Assembly (NCBI GenBank): GCA_965223345.1
Contig: CBDCWG010000012.1
Span: 2,912,001-2,976,000, forward strand
Length of the DNA: 64,000 nt
Direction of reading: 5' to 3'
From: Nitrospinales bacterium
GTDB taxonomy: Bacteria; Nitrospinota; Nitrospinia; Nitrospinales; VA-1
Shown here: positions 10,909 through 19,665 of the stretch, piece by piece
Layout: the number at the start of each line of letters is the position of its first letter
Position numbering within the stretch: the first letter of the stretch is position 1
Translations under genes and position numbers: made by a program
Notes under the pieces: model-generated
Database searches by the model: none
What the model was told of the DNA's origin: nothing
What the model saw: the letters and a program-made list of their open reading frames with translations, nothing else

Positions 10909-11331
10909 ATGTCACGATTCAACGACAATGACAACGGTACGGTCACCGACACAGAGACCGGCCTCACCTGGTTCAAGAAAGATTCGCGTCAGATCACGGG
11001 CAAGTGGATGCACCTGGAAAAATCGCAGAAATTTGCGGAGCAGCAAAACGCGGAGAAGTTCGGGGGGCACGACGACTGGCGGATTCCCAAACTGGAAGAC
11101 ATTAAAACCATCTTCGACAAGAGTTTCAGCCAGAAGGATTTCGGCAACAACGAAATCCACATCCCTTCCGTGTTCGAACCCGGCTGTGCGGACAGTTCCT
11201 GGACCGACACCATCAACGGCGACCGCGCCATGATGTTCAGCCTGGTGAAAGGACGCTCCACCTGGATCAACCGTTTCGGAGAAGGCCCGTTCGCGGTGCG
11301 GCTGGTGCGGGGAACGCGCGCGGAGAAATAA
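10909..11331 (+). CDS. DUF1566 (Lcl C-terminal-like) domain protein
   Basis: RFNDNDNGTVTDTETGLTW, GGHDDWRIP, VRLVRG. Confidence 0.88.
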   Translation: MSRFNDNDNGTVTDTETGLTWFKKDSRQITGKWMHLEKSQKFAEQQNAEKFGGHDDWRIPKLEDIKTIFDKSFSQKDFGNNEIHIPSVFEPGCADSSWTDTINGDRAMMFSLVKGRSTWINRFGEGPFAVRLVRGTRAEK

Positions 11332-11370
11332 TCCGCATGCGTGTTGCTGACTTGCGTGGATGAGTTTCTA

Positions 11371-11724
11371 TCAGGCTCTGGCGTTGAGGAACAGCCACAC
11401 GCCCGTGCCGATCAGCAGAACGGCGAACCCGCGCTTGAAGTTCTGGTCAGACAGGTTCTGCAAAAGCATCGGCCCGATCTGCGCGCCCACGATCCCTCCC
11501 AATGCGAGCCACAGGCCGGTCCGGATATCGACGTTTCCCAGCTTGGAATGCGCCAGCAGGGATGACACCGCCACCAGCCCGACGAACAGGAACGAGGTCC
11601 CCACGGCCATCTTCGCTTCCTTGCCCATGTAGATGAGGTAAGGCACCACGAGAAACCCTCCCCCCAGGCCGGAGCCCGAGGACAGGATTCCGATGATCAG
11701 ACCGAGCACTATCAGGATTATCAA
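11371..11724 (-). CDS. Half-size sulfite exporter TauE/SafE (TSUP) family protein
   Basis: GILSSGSGLGGGFLVVP, AVGTS, GGIVGAQIG; about 4 TM helices; TTG start overlaps the gltP stop, AGGAG upstream. Confidence 0.82.
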   Translation of the reverse strand: MIILIVLGLIIGILSSGSGLGGGFLVVPYLIYMGKEAKMAVGTSFLFVGLVAVSSLLAHSKLGNVDIRTGLWLALGGIVGAQIGPMLLQNLSDQNFKRGFAVLLIGTGVWLFLNARA

Positions 11725-12953
11725 GTCGCATCTCCTTTCTCGACGTATTTCGTTTCCAGCGCATCCACCACGGCGGCGCCGATGGAATCACCCCACACGT
11801 TGACCGTGGTGCGACAGCGGTCCAAAAACCAGTCGATGGAAAGCAAGAGCCCCAGGCCCTCCAGCGGCAACCCGACCGAGTTGAGCACGATGACCATGGT
11901 CACCAGCCCCGCTTCGGGAATGCCCGCCGCGCCGATCGCCGCGAGCGTCGCGGTGACGAAAACGATGGCCTGCTGCCCGACGCTCAACTCGATGCCGAAA
12001 GCCTGGGCGATGAAGATCGCCGCCACCGCTTCGTACAACGCCGTGCCATTCATGTTCACGGTGGCGGCCAGCGGCAGAACGAACAGCGTCGCTTTGCGCG
12101 ACACGTTGTTCAACTGCACGCATTCGAAGGTCACCGGCAACGTGGCGGAACTGCTGGCGGTGGAGAACGCCGTGGTGAGCGCCTCGCTCATGTTTTTGCC
12201 GTAAAGCACCGGGTTGCGCTTGGTGAGCCACATCAACAGGAAAGGCAGCACGATCAGCGCATGGATGCCAAGCGCGATCAGGACGGTGACGACGTATTTG
12301 CCGATCTTGCTGAGTTCCGCCCAGAATGCGTCGCCGCCGCCGGCGGCCCCCAGTTTCGCGGCGATGAGGGCGAACACGCCCAAAGGGGCGACGTACATGA
12401 CGAGGTGCACGATTTTCATGATGGCTTCGTTGACGCCGTCGAAAAACGCGATCACCGGCTTGCCCTTTTCGCCGATCGTGGTGAGGACGCCGCCGAAAAA
12501 CAGGGAAAACACGATGATGGGCAGGATGTTCATCTCCACCATCGCCTGCACGAGGTTGCCGGAAACGAACTGCCCAAGGATATCCGTGATCCCCGTCGCC
12601 TCTTTGGCCGCCACCTTTTCGCTCACGGCGGCTCCGGTGGATTCCACACCGACTCCGGGTTGCAAAATATTCACGGCGATCAACCCGATCAGCACGGCCG
12701 CCAGATTGGTCAGACCGAAATAGAACAGCGCGATGCCGCCGGTCTTGCCCACTTTGCGGACATCGCCGAGTCCGGAGATGCCGACGATCATCGACGAGAC
12801 GATGAGCGGGATGACGAGCATCTTCAGGGCATCGAGAAACATCTCGCCGATCCAGTCCACGGCGTGCATCTGCTTGCCAAAGAACCAGCCGCAGAACACG
12901 CCCAGCAGGATGCCGGTGAGCATCAGGTACACCAGTAAGTTTTTATTGTTCAT
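11721..12953 (-). CDS. Dicarboxylate/amino acid:cation symporter (GltP/DAACS)
   Basis: LKMLVIPLI, AFSTASSSATLP, TVNMNGTALYE, AAIGAAGIP, DWFLDRCRT..NV.GD. Confidence 0.95.
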   Translation of the reverse strand: MNNKNLLVYLMLTGILLGVFCGWFFGKQMHAVDWIGEMFLDALKMLVIPLIVSSMIVGISGLGDVRKVGKTGGIALFYFGLTNLAAVLIGLIAVNILQPGVGVESTGAAVSEKVAAKEATGITDILGQFVSGNLVQAMVEMNILPIIVFSLFFGGVLTTIGEKGKPVIAFFDGVNEAIMKIVHLVMYVAPLGVFALIAAKLGAAGGGDAFWAELSKIGKYVVTVLIALGIHALIVLPFLLMWLTKRNPVLYGKNMSEALTTAFSTASSSATLPVTFECVQLNNVSRKATLFVLPLAATVNMNGTALYEAVAAIFIAQAFGIELSVGQQAIVFVTATLAAIGAAGIPEAGLVTMVIVLNSVGLPLEGLGLLLSIDWFLDRCRTTVNVWGDSIGAAVVDALETKYVEKGDAT

Positions 12954-13161
12954 CGTTTCCGCCTGAATTCGAGGTTGAGTTTTTTCAATGCGTCTGGGAG
13001 CGGATCGTTCGCACTTTTTATCTATTCACGTGCGGCGGCGCCATCGTCCGGGCGACAAATAGTTTTCAGCGCGCCGCTTCGGCGTTATAATATCAGAGTA
13101 ATAATTCTTTTATTTCAATGCTTTTGTTTTAACCGTCGCAAATCCACACCAGGGAGACACC

Positions 13162-14451
13162 ATGGGAGAAACGGTCAAGCTCATGTACCAGGGGAAAATT
13201 TTCGAGTTCCCCGTACTGGAAGGCACCTGCGGTGAAAAGGCGTTCGACATTTCCAGTCTGCGCAAGGAAACGGGACTCATCACGCTGGACCCGGGGTTTT
13301 TGAGCACGGGGTCCTGTGAAAGCCGGATCACTTACCTCGACGGCGAAAAGGGAATCCTGCTGTACCGCGGCATTCCCATCGAACAGTTGGCGGAAAAAAG
13401 CACCTTCGTGGAAACCGCCTTCCTTTTGATCTACGGCCACCTTCCCACTGAGAACGAACTGAACTATTTTCAGCATCACATCACCTACCATTCGATGCTG
13501 CACGAGTCGATCAAGAACCTGTACGACGGTTTCCCCAACAACCCGCATCCAATGGCGGTGGCCAGCGCGGTGGTCGGTTCCTTAGCGACGTTTTATGAAA
13601 ACCAGTTGAGCGTGCGCGACGAACGAGAAATCGAAATCACCATCCACCGGCTGATGGCGAAGCTGCCGACCATCGCCGCGTACAGTTACAAGAAATCCAT
13701 CGGCCAGCCCCTGCCCTACCCGGACAACTCGCTGGATTACGCCAGCAACTTTCTGAAGATGATGTTTTCCACTCCCTGTGAACCTTACGAAGTGGACCCG
13801 GTCGTTGCCAAGACGCTGGACGTGCTGCTCATTCTGCACGCCGACCACGAACAGAACTGTTCCACCAGTACGGTGCGTCTGGTGGGCAGCTCCATGTGCA
13901 ACCTGTTCGCCTCGGTTTCGGCGGGGATCTACGCTCTGTGGGGGCCGCTGCACGGCGGCGCCAATCAGGCCGTCATCGAAATGCTGCAGGAGATCCACGA
14001 TAACGGCGGAAACGTCAGACAGTATATCGAAAAAGCCAAAGACTCCAAAGATCCCTTTCGCCTGATGGGATTCGGACACCGCGTGTACAAGAACTTCGAT
14101 CCCCGAAGCCGCATCATCAAGAAACTGGCGCACCAGCTTGTGGACCGGATGACGCACCGGGAACCCCTGATGGAAATCGCCCTCGACCTGGAAGAGATCG
14201 CCACCAAGGACGAATACTTTCTCGAGAAGAAGCTGTACCCCAACGTGGATTTTTATTCCGGACTCATCTACAAGGCGATCCGCCTTCCGGTGAACATGTT
14301 CACGGTGCTGTTCGCCATGGGCCGGCTGCCGGGCTGGATCGCCCAGTGGAAAGAGTTGCAGGAAGACAAAAACTTCAAGATCGGCCGTCCGCGCCAGATC
14401 TATCTCGGCGAGGCGAAACGCGACTATGTGCCCTTGAAGGACCGGGGTTGA
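13162..14451 (+). CDS. gltA: Citrate synthase (type II)
   Basis: DPGF..T.SC.S.ITY.DG..G.L.YRG, LHADHEQNCST, LWGPLHGGAN, MGFGHRVYK, YPNVDFYSG. Confidence 0.97.
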   Translation: MGETVKLMYQGKIFEFPVLEGTCGEKAFDISSLRKETGLITLDPGFLSTGSCESRITYLDGEKGILLYRGIPIEQLAEKSTFVETAFLLIYGHLPTENELNYFQHHITYHSMLHESIKNLYDGFPNNPHPMAVASAVVGSLATFYENQLSVRDEREIEITIHRLMAKLPTIAAYSYKKSIGQPLPYPDNSLDYASNFLKMMFSTPCEPYEVDPVVAKTLDVLLILHADHEQNCSTSTVRLVGSSMCNLFASVSAGIYALWGPLHGGANQAVIEMLQEIHDNGGNVRQYIEKAKDSKDPFRLMGFGHRVYKNFDPRSRIIKKLAHQLVDRMTHREPLMEIALDLEEIATKDEYFLEKKLYPNVDFYSGLIYKAIRLPVNMFTVLFAMGRLPGWIAQWKELQEDKNFKIGRPRQIYLGEAKRDYVPLKDRG

Positions 14452-14471
14452 CGGGGGTCTGGGTGAGGGGT

Positions 14472-14795
14472 CTAGGCTGCGGGTTCGATCGTGCAGGTGA
14501 ACGGAAACTGCTCCAGCGAGGCGGCGGCGTGCACCTGCTCGACTTTGAATTCGGCCTGTTCCAGGGGCAGCGTGGCGACGTGGGCGGAGCCTTTGTGGTG
14601 GATCTCAAACATCAGCTTCTCGGCGCTGTCGTAGTCTTTCTGGAACAGATTGACCAGAACCCGCACCACAAATTCCATCGTGGTGACTTCGTCGTTCCAC
14701 ATGATGATTCGGTATAACGGGAGGTAGGCCCGATCGGTCGAACGATCGAGTTCTTCGTCCACCCCGGGGGAATAGGGTAAGGTTTCGGTTCCCAT
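14472..14795 (-). CDS. clpS: ATP-dependent Clp protease adaptor ClpS
   Basis: YRIIMWNDEVTTMEFVV, MFEIHHKGSA, FPFTCTIE. Confidence 0.93.
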   Translation of the reverse strand: MGTETLPYSPGVDEELDRSTDRAYLPLYRIIMWNDEVTTMEFVVRVLVNLFQKDYDSAEKLMFEIHHKGSAHVATLPLEQAEFKVEQVHAAASLEQFPFTCTIEPAA

Positions 14796-14922
14796 AACGA
14801 CTGATCAGAAACGGCTATTGAAAAAATAAGCCAATAAAACAACAGGCTAACAATTAATCTATAATATTAGAAAATATCTTTTTGATTTTCAATTCATTTG
14901 TTTTACAAAATGAAACTTCCTT

Positions 14923-15879
14923 ATGTTTCAATCTCTTAATAGAATTACAGCGGGTTTGCGGATGTCTGCTTTGCTGCGCCGGGGTGCGGCCGTTTTTTCA
15001 GTGTTTCTGTTGAGCGCCCTGCTCTTCCTTCCCCAGGGGGCCGAGACCCAGGAGGGCGGATATCCGCTGGGAGAATACGCCTCCTTCGAACCGCGGGGAG
15101 ACATCCGCCGCTTCACCGGCGAGACCCTGCATTTCGACATCAGCTTCCTGATATTCGAGAACGCCGCGAGCGCCAACGTGCGTTTTTACGAGGAAGACGG
15201 CAAATACCAGGCCGTCCTGCGGGGCAAGACCAAGGGCTTCGTCGGCTTTTTCACCGCCTACCGCGAGCACATCTATAAGGCCATCTTCGAGGTGATCGAC
15301 GACGGCAGGCGGGTGCGCGCCAGGGAGTTCATCCGCAAGGTCATCGAGGGCGGCAAGGTGGAAAAATCCAACCATATTTTCGACTACAAGAACCGGGTGC
15401 ACCGCTGGTTCGAGTACGTCAACGAAGACCTGGTCGAGACGGGAAAAGAAGACATTCCCCCCGGCGTCAACTTCGACGACATTCTGAGCGTGTTCTACAA
15501 TTTCCGCAACGGCGTGTACGGCGACATCGAACGCGGCGCAAAGTTCGAAATCAAGACCGTCCCGGAAAAAGGCAGCGACCACATCTCCATCCACGTGCAG
15601 GACAAAGAGGAAGAGGAAAAAGCCCGCGCACAGGAGAACCGGCCGGCGAGAGAGGAATTGCTGATCGATGTCATCGCGCCCAAGGAAGTGTTTCACACCG
15701 AATCGGGCGTCATCCGGCTGTGGGCGTCCAAACACTTCATCCCGCTGGAATCGAGGATTCAGGACTACATCTTCCTCGGCGACCTGCGCGCCAACCTCAG
15801 AAAACGCGAGTACGACAACCCCCTCGTCAGCAAGGAAGTGTCCACCTCCTCCATCCAGCCGCAATCCAAGATCGAATAG
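14923..15879 (+). CDS. Exported protein, DUF3108-like
   Basis: Signal peptide; GETLHFDISF, D.LS.FY..R and C-terminal IP...I...G.L pattern. Confidence 0.7.
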   Translation: MFQSLNRITAGLRMSALLRRGAAVFSVFLLSALLFLPQGAETQEGGYPLGEYASFEPRGDIRRFTGETLHFDISFLIFENAASANVRFYEEDGKYQAVLRGKTKGFVGFFTAYREHIYKAIFEVIDDGRRVRAREFIRKVIEGGKVEKSNHIFDYKNRVHRWFEYVNEDLVETGKEDIPPGVNFDDILSVFYNFRNGVYGDIERGAKFEIKTVPEKGSDHISIHVQDKEEEEKARAQENRPAREELLIDVIAPKEVFHTESGVIRLWASKHFIPLESRIQDYIFLGDLRANLRKREYDNPLVSKEVSTSSIQPQSKIE

Positions 15880-15933
15880 CGCCGACGGAGAGAAGTTTCA
15901 GGTGTGGGTGAGTGTGTTTTTCTTCGTTGCTCG

Positions 15934-16278
15934 CTAAACTTCGAACGACGGCAACGGCGGGTCCTGCCAGATGTTGACCTGGTTGGTTTCGTCGAGCGTC
16001 ACGGCGCCGAAGCGCACCGAATAGGGCTCGGTGTGCTCGCAGTTGTAATCGACGGTGATCTTGCGGATGTCCCACTTGCCCTGCTCCGGCCCCACCAGCG
16101 TCAGGCTGTGCGCGAAGCTGTTGACCTCGAATTTGCCTTCAAAGGTTTCCCCGGCAGCGGTGCCGCCCTGGGTGTCCTCGAATGGCAGGGTGTGGTTGTT
16201 GATGCTGAACTGCACCGGGCCGGGCGTTCCCGTGTCCCCGGTTTCGACTTTCACTTTGAACGTGTTCAATCGCGGCAT
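15934..16278 (-). CDS. Small beta-rich hypothetical protein (possibly PLAT/LH2-like)
   Basis: 114 aa with genome-like codon usage, directly downstream of nfu; FKVKVETG and WDIRKITV resemble PLAT-type strands. Confidence 0.7.
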   Translation of the reverse strand: MPRLNTFKVKVETGDTGTPGPVQFSINNHTLPFEDTQGGTAAGETFEGKFEVNSFAHSLTLVGPEQGKWDIRKITVDYNCEHTEPYSVRFGAVTLDETNQVNIWQDPPLPSFEV

Positions 16279-16304
16279 GGCGTTTCACCCAATTAAAAAA
16301 GTGA

Positions 16305-17144
16305 TCAGGAAAAATACGGGTTGAGCCCGGCGGAGTGGTCGGTCTCATCGAGAATCGCACCCACTTTCGGGACCGCCGTGCGAAAGGCGGTGTGGATGCC
16401 CTGTTTTAAAGTCAGGTCCGCGGCGCTGCATCCCTGACAGCCGCCGCCCATCTGGATGGTGATGGTGTTGCCCTTCACATCCAGCAGCGTGATGCGGCCG
16501 CCGTGCGCCGCGACGCCGGGATTGACTTCCGTGTCGATGACGTTCTGGATGTCGTTGCGCAGCATTTCCTCGGTCGGCAGATCGGCCGGGATCTTGGGAT
16601 CGATCAGCTCCCCGCCCTCCTGGATCACGCGGCGCATTTCTTTTCCCACTTCCTCGGCCAGCGGTTTCCAATCGACCAGGGTCTTGTCCTTGCGCGTGAT
16701 GGTCAGGGTGGATTCCAGCACTAGCACCGTCTCCACATCGTCGAGGCTGAACAGCGCTTCCGCCAGGGGCGACCCGGCGGCGCTTTCAAAATTGGCGAAG
16801 AACCAGGAATAGCCTTTCGTCAGCTGCCGGTTGACCTTGAACACACACTGGTCGTTGCCGGCGGAAGGCTGGGCCAGGATCCTGATTTCATCGGAAGCTT
16901 CCGGAAACACCGCATCGGCCAGCACGGGCGCCTGAATGGTCACGCGCTCCTTGGGCGGCTCATCCTGCCAGTTGTCCGCCTGCGCTTCGCGCGGCGAAGG
17001 CGGCGTGATCGCAGGGGCGGCGGGCGTGCTTTTGGCTGCGGCTTCGCTTGCGGGTTCCGCAGTGCCGTTGCCGCCGTTGGGTTCCTCAGTGGATTCCGGA
17101 GAAGAAAAGAAATTTTTGAGTTTTATTTTTTCAAACAGAGACAC
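16305..17144 (-). CDS. NifU/Nfu-type Fe-S cluster carrier (Nfu_N + NifU C-terminal domains)
   Basis: SPLAEALF (Nfu_N); VNPGVAAHGG ... GGGCQGC ... TLKQGI; DETDHSAG.NPY. Confidence 0.92.
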   Translation of the reverse strand: MSLFEKIKLKNFFSSPESTEEPNGGNGTAEPASEAAAKSTPAAPAITPPSPREAQADNWQDEPPKERVTIQAPVLADAVFPEASDEIRILAQPSAGNDQCVFKVNRQLTKGYSWFFANFESAAGSPLAEALFSLDDVETVLVLESTLTITRKDKTLVDWKPLAEEVGKEMRRVIQEGGELIDPKIPADLPTEEMLRNDIQNVIDTEVNPGVAAHGGRITLLDVKGNTITIQMGGGCQGCSAADLTLKQGIHTAFRTAVPKVGAILDETDHSAGLNPYFS

Positions 17145-17391
17145 CGGTTCGTTCTCCTATAGGTTCGTAAAGGACGCGTCGTTCCTGTATTAGACTCCTA
17201 TTTTATCCCAGGGATTCAAAACCAGGCGAGTTAAAACGCCATCCCAAACCGGCGATGAAAGCGGCCAGGATTGAAAACTTGTGCTGGCAACACCCGCCTC
17301 CCCTGCCCCTTCCGCGGGGATTCGGCGGTTCACAAGGCCGATTATCGGCGTCCCACCGCCCACAGCCTGCATTTTCAGGCACATCGGGCGG

Positions 17392-17763
17392 TCACACGCG
17401 GAAGGCGTCCTGCAGCAGTTCCACCGCGAACGATTTGGGGTCGTCCGGGTCGCCGGTGACGCACACCACGTCGAAGCGCAGGTCGCGGTCGCGGATGTCA
17501 TACTTCGCGAGAAAGCCACGTGCGGTGCGGGCGATGCGGGCCTGCTTGTGCGGCGTGAGCGCCGTGGCGGGATGGCCGAACTGCGCGCCGGCGCGGGATT
17601 TCACTTCGATGCAGACGATGACCTTTTTGTGCTCGGCGATCAGGTCGATCTCGCCACCGGCGTGCTTGAAGTTCTCATGCAGAATACGGTAGCCCTTTTT
17701 CTTGAGATACGCACGCGCCGCTTTCTCGCCCGCCCTGCCGAAATCCTGTCGTTGCTTGGTCAC
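17392..17763 (-). CDS. yraN: YraN/UPF0102 family protein
   Basis: G..GE..A..YL...GY.IL..N, GEIDLIA, EVKSR, RFDVV. Confidence 0.93.
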   Translation of the reverse strand: MTKQRQDFGRAGEKAARAYLKKKGYRILHENFKHAGGEIDLIAEHKKVIVCIEVKSRAGAQFGHPATALTPHKQARIARTARGFLAKYDIRDRDLRFDVVCVTGDPDDPKSFAVELLQDAFRV

Positions 17764-17783
17764 ACCACACCTCGAAACGATGA

Positions 17784-18110
17784 GACAGGATAAAAAAAAA
17801 GATCAAAATAAGGGTTCGCACAAAGCCGCAAAGGAAAAATGAACACAATAAATATAGGGGATTGAGGACAAGAGCGCCTGTTTTAATTTCCTGTCACCCT
17901 GAGCCTGTCGAAGAGTGACAAATATTTTAATCCCCCCTCACCCAGCCCTCAAGGCACCTCCAGTATTTTAGTGAGCGAGTGTCAAGCTTCGCTTGAGCTC
18001 CCTCCGGGGGAGAGGGATTTTTAAAAGATCCTTTATCTGCACTTCTTTGCGTCTTGGCGTCTTTGCGCGAGACTCGCTTTTAATCTTTGTTTCTATCCTG
18101 TGATCCTGTC
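17784..18110. repeat. Nested composite of short inverted-repeat (REP/MITE-like) elements
   Basis: Outer GACAGGAT / ATCCTGTC; middle TCGCACAAAGCCGCAAAG / CTTTGCGTCTTGGCGTCTTTGCGCGA; inner hairpins TGTCACCCTGAGCCTGTCGAAGAGTGACA and AATCCCCCCTCACC...GGGGGAGAGGGATT. Confidence 0.65.
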
Positions 18111-18163
18111 CAAATTTTTCGTCATAGATTGTTTTCGCCCGTTTTGCCTGCTAAACTTTTCGC

Positions 18164-18571
18164 ATGATTCTGAGCTGGGAAGACATTGCGGGTGGCGAGA
18201 CGATCGCGGCGTTTCTCGTCTGGCTGGTGTTGACGGGGTTGTTCTATCTGGTGTGCTACATCGCCGTGCTCAACGTCATCGACGACCTGTCGCGCAACAG
18301 TTCCATGAAAGTCCCGATGATGTTCGGCGCTTCCATCCCCACCGCCGGGCTGATGGCCATCTTCGGCTATAAGCCGCTGGTGTGGGTGGTGCTGGTTGCG
18401 GTGGCCAATTATTTCCGCGTGCGCGAGCTGGGTCAGCCGGGCAAAAAACTCGCCGGGCTCGCCGTCAACCGCCCGCTGTTTTATATGGGCAGCTACCTGT
18501 ACATCGCCATGGTCGGCATCATGGCGTTTTATTTCCAGTCCCCCTCCTTCCACGCCATCCTGGAAAACTGA
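18164..18571 (+). CDS. Hypothetical membrane protein (about 4 TM)
   Basis: 135 aa hydrophobic ORF with GC3-rich codons. Confidence 0.8.
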   Translation: MILSWEDIAGGETIAAFLVWLVLTGLFYLVCYIAVLNVIDDLSRNSSMKVPMMFGASIPTAGLMAIFGYKPLVWVVLVAVANYFRVRELGQPGKKLAGLAVNRPLFYMGSYLYIAMVGIMAFYFQSPSFHAILEN

Positions 18572-18573
18572 CC

Positions 18574-19299
18574 TCATTCGGACGAAAACCACGGCAGCCA
18601 CATGCCGGTGCGCTGGCGGAATTTCAGATAGGGCTCGCCGAACTGCTCGGCCAGCGCCTTCTCTTCGTGGTGGATGCGGTACTGAAACCCGAACCAGGCG
18701 CACGCCATGCCCAACAGTCCCCACAACAGGGAATGGGTGGCGACGGCGTAGGCGGCGATGACGATCATCATGGCCGTGTAGGAGGGGTGCCGCATCAACC
18801 CGTACAGCTGATCGGTCTTGAGCGCCTGCTGGTCGCGGAAGGCGATGTCGAACTTGAACGCGACGGAGCCGATCTGGTAGACGGCGACGATGCGCAGGAT
18901 CGATCCGAACACGAAAAGCCCGGCGATGACGGCCCACTCGATCCCGGAAACGGGGATGGCGGTGGCGCGCGCGATGAAGGACAGCCCCACCAGCGCCAGC
19001 GCGATGGGAAGGGTGTGGCCGAACAGCTGCATCCAGAACGGCCGGTCGAACGTGATGTCCTCGCGCTTGACGGTGATCATGAAGATCACCAGCTCGATGA
19101 TGCCGAAGATCGTGTTGAGGTACGAGACGATGCAGAACCGCTCGGCGGTTGCGGGAGTGAGCCCGAACGGCAACAGCGGCAGGCAGTAGATGAGGCCCAC
19201 CAGCACGATGTTGAAATTGCAGTTGCGGATGAGCGCCACCGCCCAGACGGCGAGGTAGATTCCCAGGTTCAGGTGGATTAAAAACGATATCGTTTGCAC
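18574..19299 (-). CDS. Isoprenylcysteine carboxyl methyltransferase (ICMT/PEMT) family membrane protein
   Basis: LY..MRHPSY, RIHHEEKAL...FG..Y..F...T motif. Confidence 0.88.
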   Translation of the reverse strand: MQTISFLIHLNLGIYLAVWAVALIRNCNFNIVLVGLIYCLPLLPFGLTPATAERFCIVSYLNTIFGIIELVIFMITVKREDITFDRPFWMQLFGHTLPIALALVGLSFIARATAIPVSGIEWAVIAGLFVFGSILRIVAVYQIGSVAFKFDIAFRDQQALKTDQLYGLMRHPSYTAMMIVIAAYAVATHSLLWGLLGMACAWFGFQYRIHHEEKALAEQFGEPYLKFRQRTGMWLPWFSSE

Positions 19300-19665
19300 A
19301 GGTTCGACTCTCCGGGCACCGGGAACGAACAGCGGCTCCCGCTATCGGGTTGAATTTCAATCTATTCACGCACCCTTGAGGCGCGGCCGGGGCTTCCTTT
19401 GCCCGGGTGGGGCGAGCGGCGTTTTCCACAGCCGCATTTTCCCCGCAAACCCTTGGAAAAGCGGGTAAATTATCCGGTCCGCCGGGGTATTCCCCTGTCT
19501 TTTACCGCTGTTTTATTATAATATAGTTCTGCCTTCAATCGGATCTGTGCTTGAATAGCTTCTTCTTTGCCCGGACCGGTGCCGGCGTTTTTGATCCTGC
19601 CCAAGGATCTCACTTTAAATATTCGGATTGAGAGACTCAATCGTTTAAATAATAAGGGGTTCGTG

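Noticed and set aside
13162..14451. Citrate synthase as evidence for a reversed oxidative TCA cycle
   Set aside because: An ordinary gltA; reaction direction cannot be inferred from sequence.
19296..19325. GGTTCGACTC resembling a tRNA T-loop
   Set aside because: No pairing T-stem or cloverleaf around it.
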